From assembly GCA_002793355.1 (NCBI GenBank), contig PFQB01000098.1, positions 1-32,142 on the forward strand: a stretch of 32,142 nt of DNA, written 5' to 3'. Both the position numbers and the translations under genes were made by a program. Source of the DNA: Candidatus Dojkabacteria bacterium CG_4_10_14_0_2_um_filter_Dojkabacteria_WS6_41_15. GTDB taxonomy: Bacteria; Patescibacteriota; Dojkabacteria; GCA-002793355. Below the pieces are notes generated by a model, which saw nothing but the letters and a program-made list of their open reading frames with translations, was not told the DNA's origin and searched no databases. Numbering within the stretch: position 1 is the first letter of the stretch; each line of letters begins with the position of its first letter. Below, in pieces: positions 25,549 through 32,000 of the stretch.

Positions 25549-26793
25549 ATGACCCGAGTCCTCGATTTTTTTAAGAAATACTGGCTACCCATAACACTGA
25601 TTTCGCTGGCGATAACGTCCAAGTTTATTGGTTTTCTGCGTAATGCCTTTATCGCCTACTTCTTTGGCGCGTCGTATACGTCGGATTTGTTGGGAATTTT
25701 GATGTTTCCAACGGACTTTGTGTTGGCATACCTGATTAACCAAACGATTATTACCGCGTTAACAATCTTTTTCTCGCGAGACCAATCTGCAAAACGGGAA
25801 GTTTTTTTACGAACGTTCCATTTTTACCGGGTAATTCTCACTATAGCTTCGGTAGTCTTGGCAATTGTGATGATTGTTGTGTATCCAACGGTTCCCTGGC
25901 AGTACGGTGTTTTAGCAGCGATCCCCGGGATTTTCTATGGTATGGCGGGCATTATTCAAAGTTACCTGAACTACAATCGGGTATTTATATGGCCAGCAAC
26001 GCAAGAATTAATTGCGAATCTCGTTTTGTTATTCGGCGTTGCTCTTGCTGCGAAATACGGAATTTATTGGTATGTGGTGGTGATGATTGCGGTGGGAATG
26101 TTGCGGATTTTAGTGATGTACCCCGATTTGCGCAGACTGCTGGCGGATAAACCCTGGATTCGCGAATTATTTGGTATTCAGAAGATAAAGTTTGAAAAGG
26201 AATTACTTATTTATATCGGCCCGATTTTATTTACTTTTATTTTGTCGGGCCTGCCCGGCTTCCTGATTTTGCACAAGCTAAATGCAGCCGGCGAAGGCTA
26301 CATTGCAGCATACAACTATGCCAACAAGATTATCAACCTGTTTAACCCCATTTTTGTGATTCCGCTGACCACCTACCTGATTCCCACCATGCAACGGTGG
26401 ATAGAAGAGAAACGATCAGTTGTTGCGGTCAATACGACCGCTTTCTTGTTGCTGGGCTCGGCCTCTTTTGCCTTCGCCCTCGTCCTCGTCCTCTGGCCCG
26501 ACTTTCTAATAAACGCGATTTATGCCCGTGGGCACTTTGACCATCAAGCCTTGTGGTTAACCAGTAAGTTCCTGCGGTATCAAGCGTTTGCGGTGGTGGG
26601 CTACGCGCTGATGTACTACCTGTTGCAGTTGACGTTGCTGCATAACAAGCCCCGGCGTCTGATGGCCTCGTTTATTCTGGGCACGCTGGTGATCATCGGG
26701 CTACTGTATTTCTTGCCCTTTGCCCCGTACATTACGGTTGGTCTCTCGCTGACGTTGGGGGTGCTGGGGAGTATAGTTGTGTTGATACTTTGA
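25549..26793 (+). CDS. murJ: Lipid II flippase MurJ/MviN family
   Basis: Multi-TM protein. The N-terminal KFIGFLRNAFIAYFFGASYTSD matches the MurJ signature region. The start is uncertain (TTG 25510, ATG 25540 or ATG 25549). A TGcTACAAT element at 25533-41 favours a leaderless start at 25549. Confidence 0.8.
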   Translation: MTRVLDFFKKYWLPITLISLAITSKFIGFLRNAFIAYFFGASYTSDLLGILMFPTDFVLAYLINQTIITALTIFFSRDQSAKREVFLRTFHFYRVILTIASVVLAIVMIVVYPTVPWQYGVLAAIPGIFYGMAGIIQSYLNYNRVFIWPATQELIANLVLLFGVALAAKYGIYWYVVVMIAVGMLRILVMYPDLRRLLADKPWIRELFGIQKIKFEKELLIYIGPILFTFILSGLPGFLILHKLNAAGEGYIAAYNYANKIINLFNPIFVIPLTTYLIPTMQRWIEEKRSVVAVNTTAFLLLGSASFAFALVLVLWPDFLINAIYARGHFDHQALWLTSKFLRYQAFAVVGYALMYYLLQLTLLHNKPRRLMASFILGTLVIIGLLYFLPFAPYITVGLSLTLGVLGSIVVLIL

Positions 26794-26890
26794 AAGATGT
26801 AACTATTCCTTTACAACAAGTAATATATGAGAAATACTATCTTGATATGGTAACAAAGTATACATTCAAGGAGTATCGAAAACATACCGT

Positions 26891-27163
26891 TTAAGGATTA
26901 TCATTGGAACTTGGTATTTCGAATAAAATTCCAGTTGATTGAAATTTTTCATACAGTGCATCAAGAATAGTTTCTTCAAGGTCTTTAGGTAAGCGCTTGG
27001 GTGTACCTAATATATCACCAGAACGAACCCCACTGACAACAACGATACATGTGCGAATTTCAGGTGGTAATGATATTGAAACACTACAGTAATAATTTGC
27101 AAAGTTTTGTGAACAGAAATCTTCTGTGAATGTTTGAATGTCTTGTTTGGTTATTTCTTTCAT
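26891..27163 (-). CDS. Small hypothetical protein (90 aa)
   Basis: The only ORF longer than 60 aa in the 1.56 kb gene-poor region. On the minus strand a TGtTACAAT element ends 6 nt before its ATG, the leaderless arrangement used elsewhere in this window. Confidence 0.4.
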   Translation of the reverse strand: MKEITKQDIQTFTEDFCSQNFANYYCSVSISLPPEIRTCIVVVSGVRSGDILGTPKRLPKDLEETILDALYEKFQSTGILFEIPSSNDNP

Positions 27164-27246
27164 TCGTTAATTGTAACATGGTGCGAAATGCTTGCTATTA
27201 CGGAATAGTCACCAAAATGTATTATGTGGATGTGGTTAGAATGAAC

Positions 27247-27255
27247 TGATATAAT
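27247..27255 (+). promoter_or_regulatory. Extended -10-like element TGaTATAAT
   Basis: Read directly from the sequence. No clear -35 box. Confidence 0.3.
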
Positions 27256-27297
27256 CAGAGCCTACACACTTTACCTCTTTAATGAGAATCACAATAC

Positions 27298-27327
27298 TTG
27301 ACTTGCGTCAAGTATCCGTACTATAAT
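27298..27327 (+). promoter_or_regulatory. Promoter TTGACT-18-TATAAT with a palindrome over the -35 box
   Basis: -35 at 27298-303 and -10 at 27322-27. The palindrome ACTTGAC-ttgc-GTCAAGT spans 27296-27313. Confidence 0.6.
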
Positions 27328-27333
27328 ATCGAT

Positions 27334-27430
27334 ACAAACAAATATTGGGGCTGTTTGCTAGATACAGGCAGCACCAGAGGAGAGAAACGAGCGTCTCAAT
27401 TTCAGAGAAGCCACGCCTCTCTTTTTTTTG
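27334..27430 (+). ncRNA. Candidate small RNA of about 97 nt, from the predicted TSS to the intrinsic terminator
   Basis: The predicted +1 is at 27334 (A, 7 nt after the -10 box). It contains no ORF. It ends in a bulged GC-containing hairpin (27379-27422) followed by T8 (27422-27429). Confidence 0.4.
27379..27429 (+). terminator. Intrinsic terminator-like hairpin plus U-tract
   Basis: GGAGAG(27379-84)/CTCTCT(27417-22), GCGT(27391-94)/ACGC(27413-16), and an inner CTC/GAG pairing, followed by eight T residues. Confidence 0.45.
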
Positions 27431-27475
27431 GCCGACGTCTTGTTTGACCTTAATTGGCATTTTTGCCCGGATTTC

Positions 27476-27504
27476 TTGACAAGCGAGTGCGGCCCAATTA
27501 TAAT
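27476..27504 (+). promoter_or_regulatory. Perfect consensus sigma70-type promoter TTGACA-17-TATAAT
   Basis: -35 TTGACA at 27476-81, a 17-nt spacer, -10 TATAAT at 27499-504. Predicted +1 at 27511 (A). Confidence 0.7.
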
Positions 27505-27597
27505 TGTAGTAACTTTATTTTCTCAGGCTATCTAAATCGCAAGGCCAGAGAAATATAAATATTTGTTTGTTTTTCCAACGACGTAAGGAGAGACAAA

Positions 27598-27660
27598 ATG
27601 CTCAGCTTTGACCAGTCAAATAGGATTAGGTTGGCTTTGTGTATGTTCTTTAACAATTAG
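27598..27660 (+). CDS. Mini-ORF of 20 aa (MLSFDQSNRIRLALCMFFNN), a possible leader peptide
   Basis: Strong SD TAAGGAGAG (27584-92) 7 nt upstream of the ATG. Ends AAC AAT TAG. Confidence 0.35.
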   Translation: MLSFDQSNRIRLALCMFFNN

Positions 27661-27670
27661 ACGGAGATAT

Positions 27671-27904
27671 GGTACACCCTTCTAGATTAAGCAAACAGGA
27701 GGTATTTTACAATGGCTAAAACGAAGTCATCTAGTTACGGCGTTCAGCGTCAGAAAATTGTTCCAGTAAGAAGTTACAGAACAAAAAACGGTACTAGAGT
27801 GAGAGGTCATCGAAGATCTACACCAAACTAGTACCAAACAGGTATTAAGGCATCTCATACGCAAATATGAGTGGTACATAATTTAACCCTCGGAAGGGTG
27901 TACC
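27671..27904 (+). repeat. 12-nt long-range inverted repeat bracketing the 39-aa mini-ORF
   Basis: GGTACACCCTTC (27671-82) is the exact reverse complement of GAAGGGTGTACC (27893-904). Confidence 0.6.
27712..27831 (+). CDS. Mini-ORF of 39 aa, a highly basic peptide (MAKTKSSSYGVQRQKIVPVRSYRTKNGTRVRGHRRSTPN)
   Basis: SD CAGGAGG (27696-702) about 9 nt upstream of the ATG. 12 of 39 residues are Lys or Arg, plus one His. Ends AAC TAG. Confidence 0.5.
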   Translation: MAKTKSSSYGVQRQKIVPVRSYRTKNGTRVRGHRRSTPN

Positions 27905-27914
27905 TTACCTCTAT

Positions 27915-28029
27915 CTAAAGAAGATATTTAAGAATCTCGTAGTAGCTCCAATTTGTAGAGCAATGGGCCGTTAACTCATTGGTTACAGGTGCGAATCCTG
28001 TCTACGAGATTCTTAGTTATCTTCTTTGG
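27915..28029 (+). ncRNA. Extended leader/trailer helix that coaxially continues the acceptor stem of the tRNA-like element
   Basis: 27915-27935 pairs with 28009-28029: about 21 bp with one mismatch and two G-U pairs. The discriminator base (28009) is included in the pairing. Confidence 0.5.
27936..28009 (+). tRNA. tRNA-Asn(GUU)-like cloverleaf, non-canonical (C33, G55, no GG in the D-loop, no encoded CCA); possibly a tRNA mimic or pseudo-tRNA
   Basis: Manual fold. Acceptor CTCGTAG/CTACGAG. U8 A9. D-arm GCTC-CAATTTGTA-GAGC. Anticodon arm ATGGG-CCGTTAA-CTCAT. Variable loop TGGTT. T-arm ACAGG-TGCGAAT-CCTGT. Discriminator A. Confidence 0.5.
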
Positions 28030-28351
28030 GGAATTATATTAGGGACAAGTACTGGAAATTTTTCCATATCATTTATATGATAGTGCGGTAAACCTTACTT
28101 GTCAACAATGCTTATTGTAACCCACATTACCGCTCACTGTCAATACTATAGGTTAGCCATTCCCCATTATTCCTCTTAACTCCAACCTAAGTTATTTCAT
28201 TGTTTTTCTATCTCTTGCGGTCAGGGGATAGTTACCTAGAAAGATGAGGTTGACAGCAAGATTACAATGTTAGATACTCATTAATGGTATTGAAACTACT
28301 TGAGGTGGCAATCCTCACAATTGCACCTTTGCTTGCAAAGATTAGACTTCC

Positions 28352-29011
28352 GTGGTCCCCATAGTGAGTGTCTCTTCATTGCTTCTAAAAAAGGATTGGT
28401 TAGGGCTTTATCTTAGCCGATTACCCTTCCCTAAAAGCCTGTATTATTTTGTGTTTTTGTCGCGTTATTATAAGTTTTTACTAGAATACCTTTCTCTTGA
28501 ACAAATTGTGGTATTGCACCAAGGGTATGAAAAATACCTCGATTCTGAACTATCAAGTAAAGCGCTACTTGATACTCTGTTGCTAGACACATTAATATTC
28601 GCTAAGGCGTATGAAGATGATAGGACACTGGAGTTGATTTTAGAAAATTGGACGGAGACAATAGTTAAGGCTCATTCGTTCGATTTAGTAAAAAGAGCAA
28701 CTGAGGACCAAATCGTTCTGAGAGTAGAACGTGCTATTTACCTATTGTTAGATACAAGAAATCTGATGCCGAATGACGTATCGCAGTATAAACAATTTTT
28801 TACCAGCTATTACATTATGCGCCAAATATTTGATGATATTGGTGATTACGTTGATGATATGCGTAATGGGATACGTACTTTCGTTCTAGAGGTTGGAAAG
28901 GTGAAGGCAAGAGAAACGATATTGAAGCACCACTTTAATATTCAGCGATTACAGATGCCTCTATATTACAAGCGTTTAATTAATTTGTACTGTCAATATT
29001 ATCTTAAATGA
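28352..29011 (+). CDS. Hypothetical helical protein with Asp-rich motifs faintly resembling class I isoprenoid synthase folds
   Basis: 219-aa ORF with a GTG start (uncertain). RQIFDDIGDYVDDMRNGIRTF resembles the second Asp-rich motif region of phytoene/squalene or polyprenyl synthases. AKAYEDDRTLE is a possible first motif. Confidence 0.45.
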   Translation: MVPIVSVSSLLLKKDWLGLYLSRLPFPKSLYYFVFLSRYYKFLLEYLSLEQIVVLHQGYEKYLDSELSSKALLDTLLLDTLIFAKAYEDDRTLELILENWTETIVKAHSFDLVKRATEDQIVLRVERAIYLLLDTRNLMPNDVSQYKQFFTSYYIMRQIFDDIGDYVDDMRNGIRTFVLEVGKVKARETILKHHFNIQRLQMPLYYKRLINLYCQYYLK

Positions 29012-29082
29012 GGTGACGCAGTCTTCTAGTAGCTTATTAAGTAAAGATGAATTTGCGCAGATTCTGAGTTGGTGTGGAAGCA

Positions 29083-32000
29083 CTAGTTTAATGGCCACTT
29101 AGGTAATAATCCATCAATTTCTTTCATAATTCTGTCAGTATTTACTAATGCAACAATAATTCTCTGATAGTGTAGAACTTCATCAAAAGTAAGTTTCTTT
29201 CCTTTTCTATCTTTTAGCCATTTCTGAGTTGGTTGATAACCACCGATATATAAATCCCATGCAATTTGAGGAACATTATCAAAATATTGAGTATCATTTA
29301 TCCAAACCTTATTTTCTGAATACTTAAGATTAATAACTTCGTTTTCACCTGCTACTGGATATTGTGTGATTAACGAACTGCTATTTGGATGTTCCATCAA
29401 GTGATTCTGTCTAATTACTCTACCTTTTTCTACTAATGACCAGAATAGCTTTTGATCAGATGTGAATGGAATTCGTGGAAAATCAAATTTCAAGAATTCT
29501 TTGTATCGTTCTCGATATGTTGGAGAGTGAAGAATTGCGTAAACATAATCAAGCACATCCAATGGATTGAATGTCCCTTCTTTGCCTGAATCAGCGTGTT
29601 CGTGATCGGGTATAAATTGAAGCTTTAGCTTTTGTGCTATTTCAGCAATGATTTTTTCGTCAAGGTTTGGTTTGCGAGTTGAAGAATCAAGTTGGTTTTC
29701 TGAGTATAAATATAAAGGAAACATGTAATCTGAACCTTGGACACCAGGACAAGAATAGACTCGAATATCTGCGATTTCATTGGTTATATGGCATGGTGGA
29801 GAATTAAAGTCTTGTCCTCTTTTTGTAATAATTGAATAATTATCATATATCATATGACTATTAATCTTTTTGCCTGGAGTTCCAATAAATCCTTTTGAAT
29901 TACCTGAATACCATGTCCATCGTTTATCAAAAGGGCGATACAGTACTTCTTTATACAAATCCGAATGAATGTTTCTGCGGACGTCATTTACTGCATTCTT
30001 TAACTTCCAATCTCGTGTATCGTATGTGCTGTACTTGTTTTTTAAAGATATTTCATCTAGTTTATAAAAATCATTAACAACATTTTTAATATCACTAATA
30101 CTTGATTGAATACATATGCTATCTCTCTCAGTTTTTAATCCTGAACTGTACAACCTAAATAAATCTTGAATAGAAAAGTTGGCATTATTTTCTCCTGCAA
30201 GTTCAAGATTTTTATGTACAAAAAAGTATTCTGGTTCAAGATAATCAAGCTTCTTCCATTTCAATTTATTAACATTGCTTTGTAATGCTTCATACTTCTT
30301 TTCTCTCTTGCCCCACAATTCAGAATGGTAAACTTCTCCAAGTTTGTGCTTAGAACTCCTGTTTTTTACAAAAATATTGATACTTACGCCTTGCATAATA
30401 TCGAATACATTTTCATCTTTAGAACCGTCTGGCGATACTTCTTTCTTTTTTGCATTTCCATGCAAATCCAAAATATAAATCTTGTTAAATGTTTCTAGTA
30501 ATGATTTTCTCATCTGCCTGTGTGTTATTCCGTCAATAAACGAATTGTTTGAGATATACGCAATAATCCCCTCACCATTTTTTTCAATAAACCACTGAGC
30601 ATAACGAATGAACTTGATATAATCGTCATCTAAGTTCAATTTCTTCTCCTTTAGATCCTTTTTGTAATCTTTGATGAGATTTTGAATCCACTCGCCCTTA
30701 TTTGAACTACTTATTGAGTAAGGAGGATTCCCCATAACAACCATAATTGGCTTTTCCTTCTTAACCTCGTTAGCTTCCATACTTTCAGTAGTAAGCCATT
30801 GTGAAAACAAATCTCTTTGATGCGCTTCTGGTTCTTCTAGAGTGTTCGTAAGATACACACCTAAACGCTTTCCTTGCCCCTTAGATGAGTCATAACCAGT
30901 TTCTGCGAGAGTAATATCAAGTTTAAGATGAGCCATTGAGTAACTAGCCATCAGAATCTCAAAACCATGAATTCTTGGGAGTAAGTGCTCGTCAACGTAG
31001 CCTTGCCAAATACCTTGTTGGCCTTTGAATTTCGAGTTATAGATATGCTTTATTACATGATCAAGAAATGTACCAGTACCAGTAGCGGGGTCAAGTACTT
31101 GAACTCTGTGTTCCATTGCCTTTTGTTTCTTCTTGCTACCTTGTACTTCTTTTTCAACTTCAATTTTGCATGTATCTGCCAAACCATCTGTAATCCCAAA
31201 TTCAGTTTTAAGTATGTCATCGACAGCCCTTACAATAAAATCGACTACAGGTTCAGGAGTATAGTAAACACCTCTAGACTTACGCATTTTTTGGTCGTAC
31301 TCTCCAAGAAATGTTTCGTAAAAGTGAATAATTGCATCATGTCGTTTTGTTTCCTTGCCATAGTTTGCAAGGAGTTCGCGAACGTCAACATGGTTAAACA
31401 ATTCCGCAAGGTCATCAACAATCCATACGATTCTTTTATCGATGTTGTAGCCTGCGATAGTTTGAAAAAAGTTTCTAAGAAATGGATTCGATTTTGGTAG
31501 TAAACTGTTAGCTTCATCTCTGGTAAATGTATTCAAAGAATTATCATGGTATCGCGCTGCAAACATACCGTATGCTACTGTTTGAGCATAAATGTCCGCA
31601 TATTGTTCCAATGATAAATCGTGAATAAGCATTTGTTTAAATACTTCATATTGTTGTTCAACTTGTCCTTTTTCTTCTGACTCATCCTTCAATGATAGAT
31701 ACACAACATTTTTGAGCATTTTCGCCTTTTCAGCCATCAACGAAGCAAGTTCCTTGGGACTTCTAATAGAAATTGATTTTTGTGTTGTAAAATTTTTAAG
31801 GATGCTTTCGAGTAAAGGAATATTATCTGGTATTAACTCAATCGTGTTATCTATAAGTCTTGCGATAGCCACTTTCTGAATCGCTTGTCCATCAAGATAA
31901 AAGTGAAAATCCAAGTAATTAGTAAAGCAGAGATTGTTTAAGGAAGCTTTGTATCTATTGAACTGATTCTTTGTTTTAAATTCCTTCTCTAAATCAATAT

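Noticed and set aside
27347-27375. GGGGCTG... at the 5' part of the candidate sRNA resembles the start of tmRNA (ssrA).
   Set aside because: There is no matching 3' acceptor strand (CAGCUCCACCA-like), no T-arm partner in the right place and no tag-peptide reading frame ending in a typical ...LAA stop. The nearby tRNA-like element has a different acceptor sequence.
28249-28267. TTGACA followed by TACAAT upstream of the ORF at 28352, as a promoter.
   Set aside because: The two hexamers are only 7 nt apart, far from the 16-19 nt spacing required. No alternative partner hexamers with proper spacing were found, so the promoter of this gene remains unidentified.
1800-31517. Numerous antisense or out-of-frame ORFs in the six-frame track, for example 1800-2075(-), 2851-3369(-), 5856-6218(-), 10085-10429(-), 12446-12787(-), 16151-16447(+), 18547-18807(+), 20392-20733(-), 22776-23138(+), 23242-23604(-) and 30985-31500(+).
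   Set aside because: Each lies inside, or largely overlaps, a longer ORF with clear family motifs or better context. Their translations are low-complexity or Cys/Ser/Leu-rich shadow sequences with no start signals.
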